A stretch of 64,000 bases of DNA. It comes from Solirubrobacterales bacterium 67-14 (lineage in GTDB: Bacteria > Actinomycetota > Thermoleophilia > Solirubrobacterales > 70-9). The stretch spans positions 351,387-415,386 of the forward strand of contig MKST01000002.1 of assembly GCA_001897355.1 (NCBI GenBank). The letters are read 5' to 3'. Shown piece by piece: positions 1-9,139 of the stretch (its first letter is position 1; each line of letters starts with the position of its first letter). Under the pieces are notes generated by a model. It worked only from the letters and a program-made list of their open reading frames with translations. It did not search any database and was not told the origin of the DNA. A program made the translations under genes and the position numbers.

Positions 1-493
1 CAAAGGCGCCGCCGACGTTGCCGCCGATGCCGTTCGCTCCGATGATCACGTCGTCGAGGCCATCGCCGTTCACGTCCCCCGCCCCGGCGACCGCCCGGCC
101 GGCCAGGAGGTCGGAGTCGGTCGGAGCGAGCATCCGAAACCCGTCCGACGGGGCGATCGAACCATCGGCCGGGAGTTGGATGCTGCCGGGGCCGAGCGGC
201 CCGTAGAGGACGTAGGCGCCACCGTCCTGATAGGCACCCCCGGCGCCGACCACCACATCATCGAAGCCGTCCCCGTTCACGTCGCCGGCGAAGTCGACGC
301 TGGACCCGAAACGGAGATTGCCGTCCTGGGGGCCGAGCAGGTTCAAGTTGGTGGGATCGGCGGCGCCGGTCAGTCCGAACTGCTGCGGCAACTCCGCGCC
401 CGCGGAGGCGACGAACCAGATCGGCACGGCCAAGGCCGCGAGCGCCGCGAGCCCGGCGAGAACGGATGCCTTCCCCCTGAAGGTCCAAGTCAT
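1..493 (-). CDS. Secreted FG-GAP (integrin-alpha-like) repeat protein, N-terminal part; the ORF runs off the left edge
   Basis: Absent from the supplied track because it has no stop in the window. Minus-strand ATG at 493-491. My hand translation is open down to nt 2: MTWTFRGKASVLAGLAALAALAVPIWFVASAGA/ELPQ (signal-peptide-like). Two DVNGDG(F/L)DDV(V/I)(V/I)GA motifs typical of FG-GAP repeats follow. Confidence 0.7.
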   Translation of the reverse strand, partial: MTWTFRGKASVLAGLAALAALAVPIWFVASAGAELPQQFGLTGAADPTNLNLLGPQDGNLRFGSSVDFAGDVNGDGFDDVVVGAGGAYQDGGAYVLYGPLGPGSIQLPADGSIAPSDGFRMLAPTDSDLLAGRAVAGAGDVNGDGLDDVIIGANGIGGNVGGAF

Positions 494-554
494 CTCGTGA
501 GAGTAGCAGACCGACTCGTCAGTCAGCCTGCTATGCGACTATGATCCCGGCACG

Positions 555-1190
555 GTGGCAGCGACTCGGCCGGGTGAACCCGGGCAGACCCAGAGGGCAA
601 AAGAGCAGGGAGAACGGCGACGGCAGGCGATCCTCGACGCCGCCACGATCGTGATCGCCGAGAAGGGATCCCACGCCAGCAGCCTGGCCGAGATCGCGGA
701 AGCCGCCGGCGTCACCCGATCGGGCCTGCTCCACCACTACTCGAGCAAGGAACGGCTGATCGAGGCGGTGTTCGCCGAACACGAGCGCGCCGTCGAGCCT
801 TTCTTCGAACAGCTGTCCGAGGCGGGCGGGCTGGAGGGGATCGAGGGATTGGTCGGACTCGCCGTCGGGCAAGTCGAGAACCCCGAAGGCGTCGCCTTCT
901 GGAGCATGGTCTCGGCAGAGAACTCCGCCCCGGGGCCCAGCTCGCCGCTCCGCCAGCGGCTCTTGGACGCCTACGACCGATACTGGTCCGCCGTGGTCGG
1001 GCTGCTGGAGCAGGCCGACCGACAGGGACAACTTCGAGCCGGAATCGACAAACGGGCCGAAGCGGTGGAGATCGTCGGTCTGATCGAAGGTCTCTCCGCG
1101 AACTGGCTCCTGGATCCGGAGTCGGTCGACCTAGTCGCCGCGACCGACCGCTACCTGAAGCGCAAGGTCGAGGACCTCAGGGTCCGCTGA
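555..1190 (+). CDS. TetR/AcrR family transcriptional regulator
   Basis: N-terminal helix-turn-helix signature RRQAILDAATIVIAEKGSHASSLAEIAEAAGVTRSGLLHHYSSKERL. About 210 aa, GTG start. Confidence 0.9.
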   Translation: MAATRPGEPGQTQRAKEQGERRRQAILDAATIVIAEKGSHASSLAEIAEAAGVTRSGLLHHYSSKERLIEAVFAEHERAVEPFFEQLSEAGGLEGIEGLVGLAVGQVENPEGVAFWSMVSAENSAPGPSSPLRQRLLDAYDRYWSAVVGLLEQADRQGQLRAGIDKRAEAVEIVGLIEGLSANWLLDPESVDLVAATDRYLKRKVEDLRVR

Positions 1191-1728
1191 CCAGCTTTTC
1201 AAGGCGGTCGAAGAGCGGCATCTGGCCCTCGATGACCAGGTTCTTGGCGGTCGCGGGGGCGACCCATTCAACCCGGTCGACCTCGGGGATCTCGATCCGT
1301 TTGCCCGAACGCGGCGGCCACTCGATCTCGAAGGTGATGCTCTTCTGGTCAGCGGGGTTGAGGTCCCCTTCGATCGCCCAGGCCAGCACCCTCTTGCCGG
1401 ACTTCTGGGTGATCTCACCGAGGTGGATCGGTGCCCCGGCCGGCGGCTCGATCCCGACCTCCTCGCGGAACTCGCGGCGGGCAGTTTCCAGGGGCTCCTC
1501 GCCCGGGTCGATCTCCCCCTTGGGGATCGACCAGCCGCGCTCCTTCTTCGCCCAGAGCGGGCCACCCATGTGGGCGATCAGCACCTCGAGCCCGTCCTGT
1601 CCCGTGCGGTAGAGGATCAGGCCGGCGCTCACCTTGCCGGCTTTCTTCTTCTTGGCCACCGCCCCGAGGCTAGCTTTTCCGGTACATCGTCCCACCTTGC
1701 GGAACCGGCGTTGGCGTGTAATTTGCAC
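1177..1728 (-). CDS. NUDIX hydrolase
   Basis: Nudix box GEIDPGEEPLETARREFREEVG. The true start is probably the in-frame GTG at 1659 (VAKKKKAGKVSAGLILYR), which leaves a promoter gap before the divergent GH92 gene. Confidence 0.85.
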   Translation of the reverse strand: MQITRQRRFRKVGRCTGKASLGAVAKKKKAGKVSAGLILYRTGQDGLEVLIAHMGGPLWAKKERGWSIPKGEIDPGEEPLETARREFREEVGIEPPAGAPIHLGEITQKSGKRVLAWAIEGDLNPADQKSITFEIEWPPRSGKRIEIPEVDRVEWVAPATAKNLVIEGQMPLFDRLEKLVSGP

Positions 1729-1731
1729 GGT

Positions 1732-4146
1732 GTGAATTGCAGGGGATGGGCCGCGTTGATCGCTGCGACAGTGGTGCTAGCCGCCCCGGCCGGAGTCAAG
1801 GCCGGTGGCCTGGCCGGCCTGGTCAACCCCTTCGTCGGCACCGAGGCGTCGGCCCCTGACTTCGGCACCGGCGGCGGTGCCGGCAACACCTTCCCCGGCG
1901 CGACCCTGCCCTTCGGCATGACCGCCTTCGGCCCCGACACGATCCCCAGCCTGACCAACTTCACGGCCGGCTACACGTACTCCGACGACCAGATCCGGGG
2001 GTTCTCGCTGACCCACTTCAGCGGAGCCGGCTGCGCCCTGCTGCAGGATGTGCCGATCCTCCCGGTCGCCGGGACGCTCTCGGAGTCGCCGGTGATCGCC
2101 GGATCCTCGGACCTCGACCCGGACATCGTCCCGACCTTCAGCCACCGCCACGAACAGGCCCATCCCGGCTCCTACAGCGTCGTGCTCAACCCCGGCGAGG
2201 ACGACCAGATCCGTTCCGAGCTGACCGCGACCACGCGCACCTCGGTGGGGCGCTTCACCTTCCCGAAGTCGGACACCGGCACGTTGACCCTCAACGCCGG
2301 CGGCAGCACGATCGCCAACTACCTGGCCAAGGTGGAGGTCGATCCGAAGAAGCGGGAAGTGACCGGGGTCTCCGAAAGCGACCGCTTCTGCTGGGAGCCC
2401 TCCAAGTACAAGGTCTATTTCGCCGCCCGCTTCGACCGGCCCTTCAAGGCCCACGGAACCTGGAAGGGAGCGACACTCTCGCCCGCCTCGACCCAGGCCA
2501 GCGACTACTCGCCGGAGGCCTTCAACTACAAGCCGGTGGCCGGCGGGCCACCGTTCGTTCCCGGCAACCCCAGCACCACCGCCCAGGCCGGTGCCTACGT
2601 CAGCTTCGACACGGCAGACTCGCGGCCGGTCGGGATGCGGATCGGCATCTCCTTCGTCAGCGTCGCCCAGGCCCGTCGCAACCTGAGCGAAAGTGCCGGG
2701 CTGGGCTTCGACAAGGTAAGGAAGCGGGCCCGCCGGACATGGGAGAAGCAGCTGGACCGGGTCCATGTCTCCGGCGGGAAGAAGGAAGACCGCCGCACCT
2801 TCGCCACCGCGCTCTACCACTCGCTGCTCGAACCGAGCGTGCAGTCGGACGTGAACGGGCTCTACCGTGGCCAGGACCTGAAGGTCCATCGGGTCAAGCC
2901 CGGCCACGCCTACTACTCGGACGTGTCGGGCTGGGACATCTACCGGAGCCAGGTCCAGCTGCTTTCGATGATCGCCCCGCGCCGGGCCGCCGACCTGGCC
3001 CAGTCGCTCTTGCTGATGGCCAGGCAGGGCGGCTGCCTGCCCCGCTGGCCCTACGCGACCCAGAACGCCAACATCATGAACGGCGACCCCTCTTCGGTGA
3101 TCATCGCCACCGTCCACGCGCTCGGGGTCCGGGGTTTCGACGCGAAGGACGCGCTCAAGGCGATGGTCAAGGGAGCCGACCACGCCTGCCATTCCGACAA
3201 CGCCGACTACACCGAGCGCGAAGCGCTGGACGACTACCTCGAGCTCGGCTGGATCCCGCAGGAGCGGAACGTGAGCAGCGCCCAGCATTCGCTCGTGATG
3301 CGGTCCTCGCCCTGGGGTACCGCCTCGACCGCGATGGAGTACGCGCTGGCCGACTTCACGATCTCGCGGCTGGCCAAGTCGCTCGGCCGCAAGGACCTCG
3401 TCGCGCGCTTCCTCAGGCGCTCCGGCAACTGGCGGAACCTGGTCAACCCGGCCAGCCGGGCGATCGAGCCGCGGATGGCTGACGGCAGCTTCATGCCCGG
3501 GGTCACCCCCTCGACCGAGAACGGCTTCGTCGAAGGCAGCTCGGCCCAGTACGGCTGGTTCGTGCCGCAGGACCTGGCCGGACGGTTCGCCACCCTGGGC
3601 GGCCGCGAGGCAGCGCTGGCGAAGCTGGATGAGTTCTTCACCGAACTGAACGCCGGACCAGGCTCGCCCTACGCCTTCCTCGGCAACGAGCCGACCCTGC
3701 AGACGCCTTGGATCTACAACTGGCTCGGACGGCCCGCGAAGGCCCAGTCGATCGTCCGGCGAGCCCAGCTCGGACTCTACGGTCCGGGGCCCGGTGGCCT
3801 GCCCGGGAACGATGACGGCGGCACCATGAGCGCCTGGTTCGTGCTCTCGGCCCTCGGCCTCTCACCGGTCATCCCCGGCACCGACGTGATGCCACTGGGC
3901 AGCCCCCTCTTTCCCGCGGCGACCCTGAAACTCGCCCGCGGCAAGGTGAAGGTCAGGGCGAAGAACGCGGCCCGAGGCCGACCCTACGTCAAGGGTCTGC
4001 GGATCAACGGCCACAAGTGGAAGCAGCCGTGGATCCACCTGCGGCGGCTCCAGCGTGGCGCCAGCCTAGGCTGGACGCTCGGTTCGAAGCCCGGCCATTG
4101 GGGCCGGGCCGCGAACCTCGCGCCACCTTCCTACGGCGACCGCTAG
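1732..4146 (+). CDS. Glycoside hydrolase family 92 (alpha-mannosidase-like), secreted
   Basis: GH92 hallmarks by eye: VNPFVGT, GNTFPGATLPFGM, GFSLTHFSGAG, SGWDIYRSQ, GCLPRWP, GNDDGGTMSAWFVLSALGLSPVIPGT. The track ORF starts at 1423 inside the NUDIX gene. I trimmed it to the in-frame GTG at 1732, which gives the signal peptide VNCRGWAALIAATVVLAAPAGVKA. Confidence 0.9.
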   Translation: MNCRGWAALIAATVVLAAPAGVKAGGLAGLVNPFVGTEASAPDFGTGGGAGNTFPGATLPFGMTAFGPDTIPSLTNFTAGYTYSDDQIRGFSLTHFSGAGCALLQDVPILPVAGTLSESPVIAGSSDLDPDIVPTFSHRHEQAHPGSYSVVLNPGEDDQIRSELTATTRTSVGRFTFPKSDTGTLTLNAGGSTIANYLAKVEVDPKKREVTGVSESDRFCWEPSKYKVYFAARFDRPFKAHGTWKGATLSPASTQASDYSPEAFNYKPVAGGPPFVPGNPSTTAQAGAYVSFDTADSRPVGMRIGISFVSVAQARRNLSESAGLGFDKVRKRARRTWEKQLDRVHVSGGKKEDRRTFATALYHSLLEPSVQSDVNGLYRGQDLKVHRVKPGHAYYSDVSGWDIYRSQVQLLSMIAPRRAADLAQSLLLMARQGGCLPRWPYATQNANIMNGDPSSVIIATVHALGVRGFDAKDALKAMVKGADHACHSDNADYTEREALDDYLELGWIPQERNVSSAQHSLVMRSSPWGTASTAMEYALADFTISRLAKSLGRKDLVARFLRRSGNWRNLVNPASRAIEPRMADGSFMPGVTPSTENGFVEGSSAQYGWFVPQDLAGRFATLGGREAALAKLDEFFTELNAGPGSPYAFLGNEPTLQTPWIYNWLGRPAKAQSIVRRAQLGLYGPGPGGLPGNDDGGTMSAWFVLSALGLSPVIPGTDVMPLGSPLFPAATLKLARGKVKVRAKNAARGRPYVKGLRINGHKWKQPWIHLRRLQRGASLGWTLGSKPGHWGRAANLAPPSYGDR

Positions 4147-4493
4147 AGCAGCGGCCGGATCTCGATCGCGCCGCCCATGCGGGCCGCCGGGATCTTTACC
4201 GCGAGGTCAACCGCGGCGTCGAGATCGTCGGCGTCGAGGAAGAGGTAGCCCCCGATCGCCTCTTTCACCTCGGCAAAGGGGCCATCGACCAGGATCGGCT
4301 TGCCGCCCTCGACCCGGACCGTCTTCGCGTCCTCCGGGCCGGCCATCCGCTCGCCCGGAGTAACGCCCGGGGTTTCGTTGACTTCCTGGTAGCTCGCGTA
4401 GACGGCGCCCTGCTCCTCACCGGAAAGGGCGTCCCATTCGGGGCTGCCCGGCAGCGGGGTGGTGCCTTGATGAATCAGCAACATGAACTTCAT
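4143..4493 (-). CDS. YciI/DGPF-domain family protein
   Basis: 116 aa. MKFMLLIH start, DGPFAEVKEAIGGYLFLDADDLDAAVDLAVKIP core, AGGAGG-like RBS upstream. Its stop overlaps the GH92 stop (CTAG). Confidence 0.8.
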   Translation of the reverse strand: MKFMLLIHQGTTPLPGSPEWDALSGEEQGAVYASYQEVNETPGVTPGERMAGPEDAKTVRVEGGKPILVDGPFAEVKEAIGGYLFLDADDLDAAVDLAVKIPAARMGGAIEIRPLL

Positions 4494-4562
4494 TGGTTCC
4501 TCCTTTGTGGATGTACGCCTATTTGACGAACGCCCTGAAGGGGAATCGACATTTCGGCAAAG

Positions 4563-5576
4563 CTATTTCTCCGGGGCTTTCGGCGGGAAGCCGTCGGCGA
4601 TCGGGACGCCGTGATCGGTCTCGGTCATGCCGAGCTCGTAGACGGCGCCGTGGGCGGTGGTCAGGACGCTCTCGTTGTTCGGCCCCGGCATGGTCAGGCG
4701 GGCGGTCATCCGGGCGGCAGAACAGTTGGCCACCTCGTGGAACTCGCCCTCGGGATCGGCCGGGTCGCCGTACCGCCAGCCGACCGTCAGGTTCGGGGGC
4801 GAATCGATCTCGAGCTCCAGGTACCCCTTCCCGGCGACCGGCAGGCCGGCCTCGAGCCGCGAGGCGGTCTCGTTCACCTCGACCCCGGGAGCGAACAGCC
4901 CGCCGATTCGCCTGATCTCGCCGGCCTGGTGGACCGCCCCGTTCGCGACCCAGGGGAGCAGGCGGCCGGCCACCCTGATCCGGCCCATCGCCACGTCGAT
5001 CCAGGCCTCCGGATCCTCGGCGAAGCCGCTGCCATGGAGCCAGATCCAGCGCTCGGCATGCTCGGAGCCCCAGTTGTGGCCGACCATTCCGTGCCAGCCA
5101 TCGACGCCGATCTCACGATCGCCGACCCTGAAGGAGCCGGAGAAGCCCCCGAGCGGGACCGGCGAGATCGGCTTGGTCTTCGGCAGCGGGAGTTCGTAGA
5201 ACCGCGGGCGAGGCAGGTGGAAGAGGACCGGAGCCCGGGGCCTGAACCGCAGGTTCCACCCGGCCTCGAAGCACTGCCCGTGCAGCCCGGCGGGCCCGAT
5301 CGCGGAATCACCGATCCGCACCCATTCGCCGGGAGGGCTCGAAGCCGGCTGCCCGGCCTCGCGGCGGGCCAAGGGCCGTTCGGCTTCGCCTTCGAAGAGG
5401 GTGAACCAGGTGGTTCCGGTCGCTTCCCGGCCGGGCGCCTTGTCGATCGTGTAGCGGATCCAGACGGCCAGCGGCTCGTCCGGGGAAACCAGCCGCACGT
5501 ACCAGGACTCGTACATCCCCTGATCGGGTCCGGCCTGGCCGAACCTCGCCTCAGTCGGTGAGACCTTCGCTCTCAC
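4563..5576 (-). CDS. Hypothetical protein, tocopherol-cyclase-like fold suspected
   Basis: YESWYVR near the N-terminus and GHNWGSEHAERWIWLH in the middle resemble the GWYFR / NWG..WxW motifs of the tocopherol cyclase family. GTG start overlaps the gluQ stop (GTGA). Function uncertain. Confidence 0.55.
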   Translation of the reverse strand: MRAKVSPTEARFGQAGPDQGMYESWYVRLVSPDEPLAVWIRYTIDKAPGREATGTTWFTLFEGEAERPLARREAGQPASSPPGEWVRIGDSAIGPAGLHGQCFEAGWNLRFRPRAPVLFHLPRPRFYELPLPKTKPISPVPLGGFSGSFRVGDREIGVDGWHGMVGHNWGSEHAERWIWLHGSGFAEDPEAWIDVAMGRIRVAGRLLPWVANGAVHQAGEIRRIGGLFAPGVEVNETASRLEAGLPVAGKGYLELEIDSPPNLTVGWRYGDPADPEGEFHEVANCSAARMTARLTMPGPNNESVLTTAHGAVYELGMTETDHGVPIADGFPPKAPEK

Positions 5577-6442
5577 GGTAAGAGCAAATCAGAATCGAGC
5601 AGCTCCCGCCGGATCTGCTCGGCACTCTGACCGGCTTCGATCCGCTCCTCCAGGGTGATCGCGCCGTGTCGCTTGGCCAGCCGCTCGCCGTCCTCGCCGA
5701 GCATCAGGGGGACGTGGCTGAAGCGGTCGGGGGCGTCGATCCCCAGGCGGTCGTAGAGCCAGAGTTGGCGGGGCGTCGTGTCGAGCAGGTCGGCCCCGCG
5801 GACCACTTCCCCGACCCGCTGCTCCGCGTCATCGACCGTGACCGCGAGGTTGTAGGCGAAGTCGCCGTCATTGCGTCTGACGACGAAATCGTCGAGGGTC
5901 TTCTCGACCCGGCCGCACACGTGGTCCTCGAAGCCGACCCGGGCTCCGGCCGCCCGCACCCGCAGCGCCGGGGGGCGGCCGTCGGCGCGGCGCTCTTCGC
6001 GCTCGGCCTCGGTCAGGTCGCGGCAGGTGCCGGGATACGCGCCCTCGGGCAGCTCGCCGTGCGGCGCCGAGGCGGCCTCGCGGATCTCCGCCCGGGTGCA
6101 AAAGCACTCGTAGAGCAGGTCTTCGCCTTCGAGCTTCGCCAGCGCCTCGCGGTAGAGCTCGTGTCGAGCCGACTGCCGGACCGGCTCGCCGTCCCAGTCG
6201 ATCCCGATCTGCCGCAACTCCTCCAACTGGACCTCGACCCACTCCTCGCGGGAGCGGCCGGAGTCGACGTCCTCGATCCGCAGGAGGAAGGGAGCGCCGC
6301 GCTCGCGGGCCGAGCGCCAGGCCAGCAGCGCCGTCCGCAGGTTGCCGAGGTGGAGACGACCGGTCGGGCTCGGCGCGTAGCGGCCCGCGGCCCGCCCCGG
6401 ATCGCGGTCGGGGTGGAACAGGTCAATGCCGTCGCCGGTCAA
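5573..6442 (-). CDS. gluQ: tRNA glutamyl-Q(34) synthetase (GluQRS)
   Basis: Class-I HIGH region YAPSPTGRLHLGNLRTAL. Cys cluster YECFCTRAE...YPGTCRD. About 290 aa, i.e. a GluRS catalytic domain without the anticodon-binding domain. TTG start overlaps the ycaQ stop (TTGA). Confidence 0.9.
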   Translation of the reverse strand: MTGDGIDLFHPDRDPGRAAGRYAPSPTGRLHLGNLRTALLAWRSARERGAPFLLRIEDVDSGRSREEWVEVQLEELRQIGIDWDGEPVRQSARHELYREALAKLEGEDLLYECFCTRAEIREAASAPHGELPEGAYPGTCRDLTEAEREERRADGRPPALRVRAAGARVGFEDHVCGRVEKTLDDFVVRRNDGDFAYNLAVTVDDAEQRVGEVVRGADLLDTTPRQLWLYDRLGIDAPDRFSHVPLMLGEDGERLAKRHGAITLEERIEAGQSAEQIRRELLDSDLLLP

Positions 6443-7737
6443 AGCGCCGCCTTCAGGTCGCCGGCAAGGTCGCCCTTCGGCCGCACCGTCACCTCTCCGA
6501 GCCCGAGCCAGCGGGCCATCAGCTTGAGCTCGTCGGCAAGTTCGGACGCCACTCCAGCCGGGGCCTCGTTCTCGATCCAGGCCGACTGCACCAGCAAGGC
6601 CGAACCGTCGCGATCGGATTTCAGGTCGACCCGGCCGACGATCTGCTCGTCGACCAGGAACGGCAGCACGTAGTAGCCATGCCGTCGCTTCTCCTTCGGG
6701 GTGTAGATCTCGATCCGGTAGTGGAAGCCGAACAGCTCCTCCAGGCGCCGGCGTTCGAAGATCAGCGGGTCGAAGGGGGCGAGCAGGGCGCGGGCGCCCA
6801 CCTTGCGCGGCCGCCTTGCCTCCGGGTGGAGCCAGGCCGGGGCCGAGAAGCCCTCGACCTCGGCTTCGACCAGCCGGCCCTCCGCTGCCAGTTCCTCGAT
6901 CGCCCGCTTCGATTCCCGGGCGGGCAACCGGAAGTAGTCCCGCAGGCAGCGGGCCGTGCCGACCCCGTGGGCCCGGGCCGAGATCTCTATCAGTCCCTTG
7001 ATCGCCTCCTCCGGCGCCGGGGTATCCGCCTCGTGGACGTGACCGGGCAGCACCCGCTCGGGCAGATCGTAGAGCCGCTCGAACTGGCTGGTGCGGCCGG
7101 CCGAGCTGATCCGTCCCGACCAGAACAGGTACTCGAGGGCACTCTTGACCGGAGGCCAGTTCCAGCCCCAGTTCTTCTTGTCGGGGACGTGGTCTGGATC
7201 CACCGCGGCGGCGACCTGGCCCGCGGTCACCGGCCCGGAACGGCCGACTTCGGCGACCACGTCCTCGAGCAGTTCGGGCTGCTCGGCGGCCGCCCTGACG
7301 GTGCGCCAGGCATCGCGATCGGCCCGCTCCATGCGCCAGCGCAGGAGGCGGTGGGTTTCCGGTGGCACGAAGGAGGCCTCGTGGGCCCAGTACTCGACCA
7401 GCCGGCGGGGCCGCTTCGAACTGGCCTTTTCCAGCAGGCCGGTGTCGTAGGGGCCGAGGCGTGAGTAGAGCGGCAGCAGGTGGGCCCGCGCGAGCACGTT
7501 GACCGAGTCGATCTGGAGCAGGCCGATGCGGTCGATCGTGGCCTGGACCTGGCGCATCGTCACCCGGGGAAAGGGACGCTCCCGGCCGAAGCCCTGGGCG
7601 GCCAGCGCGACCCGCCTCGCTGCCGCCGAAGAAAGCCGCACCGGGCCGTTTGCGTCTCGTCCGCTCACCCGCACATAATTACCGCCAATGCCACCGAGGA
7701 GGGGGAAGAGTTCATGAGCGCTGGTGTCCGGGCACAT
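6439..7737 (-). CDS. YcaQ/AlkZ-like winged-helix DNA glycosylase family protein
   Basis: AAARRVALAAQGF...IDRIGLLQIDSVNVLARAHLLPLYSRLGPY...VEYWAHEASFVP matches the YcaQ (DUF1006) family as I remember it. The ATG at 7737 would overlap the divergent transporter start. In-frame GTGs at 7674 or 7641 are more likely. Confidence 0.75.
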   Translation of the reverse strand: MCPDTSAHELFPLLGGIGGNYVRVSGRDANGPVRLSSAAARRVALAAQGFGRERPFPRVTMRQVQATIDRIGLLQIDSVNVLARAHLLPLYSRLGPYDTGLLEKASSKRPRRLVEYWAHEASFVPPETHRLLRWRMERADRDAWRTVRAAAEQPELLEDVVAEVGRSGPVTAGQVAAAVDPDHVPDKKNWGWNWPPVKSALEYLFWSGRISSAGRTSQFERLYDLPERVLPGHVHEADTPAPEEAIKGLIEISARAHGVGTARCLRDYFRLPARESKRAIEELAAEGRLVEAEVEGFSAPAWLHPEARRPRKVGARALLAPFDPLIFERRRLEELFGFHYRIEIYTPKEKRRHGYYVLPFLVDEQIVGRVDLKSDRDGSALLVQSAWIENEAPAGVASELADELKLMARWLGLGEVTVRPKGDLAGDLKAAL

Positions 7738-9093
7738 GCCTATCGCAACGTCATCGTCACGGCCGCCACCGCCGGGCTGGCCGGATTGCTCTTCGGTTAC
7801 GACACCGGCGTCATCGCCGGGGCGCTCTTGCAGATCGAACCCGACTTCGGGATCAACGGCTTCAAGTCAGGCATGGTGGTGAGCGCGGTCCCGATCGGCG
7901 CGGTGCTCGGTGCCTGGTTCGCCTCGACCAACTCGGACAAGTACGGCCGCCGCACCCTGATCGTCGTATCCGGCATCGTCTTCATCGTCGGCGCGCTCAT
8001 CTCGGCCCTCTCGCCGACCGACATGCTCTGGGTCCTGATTTCTTCGAGGGTCTTGATCGGTGTGGCGATCGGCGTCGCCTCGGCAGTCGCCCCGGTCTAC
8101 ATCAGCGAGGTCGCCCCGCCCGACATCCGCGGGCGCCTGGTCACCTTCTTCCAGCTCGCGGTCACGGTCGGGATCCTGGTCGCCTACCTGGTCGGCCTCG
8201 CTTTCGCCGACGCGAACGACGGTTGGCGCTGGATGCTCGGGCTCGGGGCGCTGCCGGCGATCCTGCTGGTGGTCGGCATCTCGCGGCTGCCCTCCAGCCC
8301 GCGCTGGCTGCTGATGAAAGGCCGTGAGGACGACGCCCGGGCCGCCCTGCAGCGGGTCCGCACCGAAGGGTCGGAGCAGATCGAGCTGGAGATCCAGGAG
8401 ATCGAAACCAGCATGAACATCCACGAGGGATCCTGGCGCGACCTGCTGCAGCCTGCCGTGAAAGCGGCCCTGGTGGTCGGGATCGGCCTCGCCATCCTGC
8501 AGCAGATCACCGGCATCAACACGGTCATCTACTATGCGCCGACGATCATCAAGGAGACCGGGATCGACGGCAACTCGGCGGCGATCCTCGCCTCCCTCGG
8601 GGTCGGCATCATCAACGTGATCATGACCGTGGTCGCCCTCAGGTTGCTCGACTCCCGGGGCCGACGCGAGATGTTGACGATCGGCGTCACCGGGATCTCG
8701 GTTTCGCTCTTCCTGCTCGGCCTCGCTTTCCTGATCGGGGCCGACAAGACCTGGGCGACCGTCATGGCGATCGGCAGCCTGATGCTCTTCGTCTCTTCTT
8801 TCGCGATCTCCCTCGGCCCGATCTTCTGGCTGCTGAACGCCGAGATCTACCCGCTCTCGGTCCGCAGCAAGGCCGCCTCGGCCGGCACCATGACCAACTG
8901 GTTCTTCAACTTCGTGGTCTCGCTGACCTTCCTGCCGCTGATCGACCTGCTCTCGCAGACCGGGGCCTTCTGGTTCTACGGCGCGGTCGGCCTGCTCACG
9001 CTTTGGTTCTGCTGGAAGTTCGTGCCCGAGACCAAGGGCCGCAGCCTCGAGCAGATCAACGACATCTTCGAAACCAGAGCCAAAGCCAAGTAA
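7714..9093 (+). CDS. MFS sugar porter family transporter
   Basis: Trimmed to the ATG at 7714 (RBS GAGGAGGGGG upstream): MSAGVRAHAYRNVIVTAATAGLAGLLFGYDTGVIAGAL. Sugar-porter motifs GRR, PSSPRWLL and PETKGRSLEQI. 12 TM-like segments. Confidence 0.9.
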   Translation: MSAGVRAHAYRNVIVTAATAGLAGLLFGYDTGVIAGALLQIEPDFGINGFKSGMVVSAVPIGAVLGAWFASTNSDKYGRRTLIVVSGIVFIVGALISALSPTDMLWVLISSRVLIGVAIGVASAVAPVYISEVAPPDIRGRLVTFFQLAVTVGILVAYLVGLAFADANDGWRWMLGLGALPAILLVVGISRLPSSPRWLLMKGREDDARAALQRVRTEGSEQIELEIQEIETSMNIHEGSWRDLLQPAVKAALVVGIGLAILQQITGINTVIYYAPTIIKETGIDGNSAAILASLGVGIINVIMTVVALRLLDSRGRREMLTIGVTGISVSLFLLGLAFLIGADKTWATVMAIGSLMLFVSSFAISLGPIFWLLNAEIYPLSVRSKAASAGTMTNWFFNFVVSLTFLPLIDLLSQTGAFWFYGAVGLLTLWFCWKFVPETKGRSLEQINDIFETRAKAK

Positions 9094-9139
9094 ACCCGGG
9101 CAGCCAACTGGTCCAACAAGTTTGCGATAGCTTGGGCCG

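Noticed and set aside
1423-1731. Long N-terminal extensions of track ORFs (also 7480-7713, 15608-15814, 24195-24605, 45877-46287, 53618-53692, 10871-11137)
   Set aside because: The extensions overlap neighbouring real genes or intergenic repeats and are compositionally shadow-like. Internal starts give canonical family N-termini, signal peptides or RBS spacing.
4143-4146. Convergent GH92 and yciI stop codons sharing the tetranucleotide CTAG
   Set aside because: This is a common consequence of tight packing in compact genomes. There is no evidence of functional significance.
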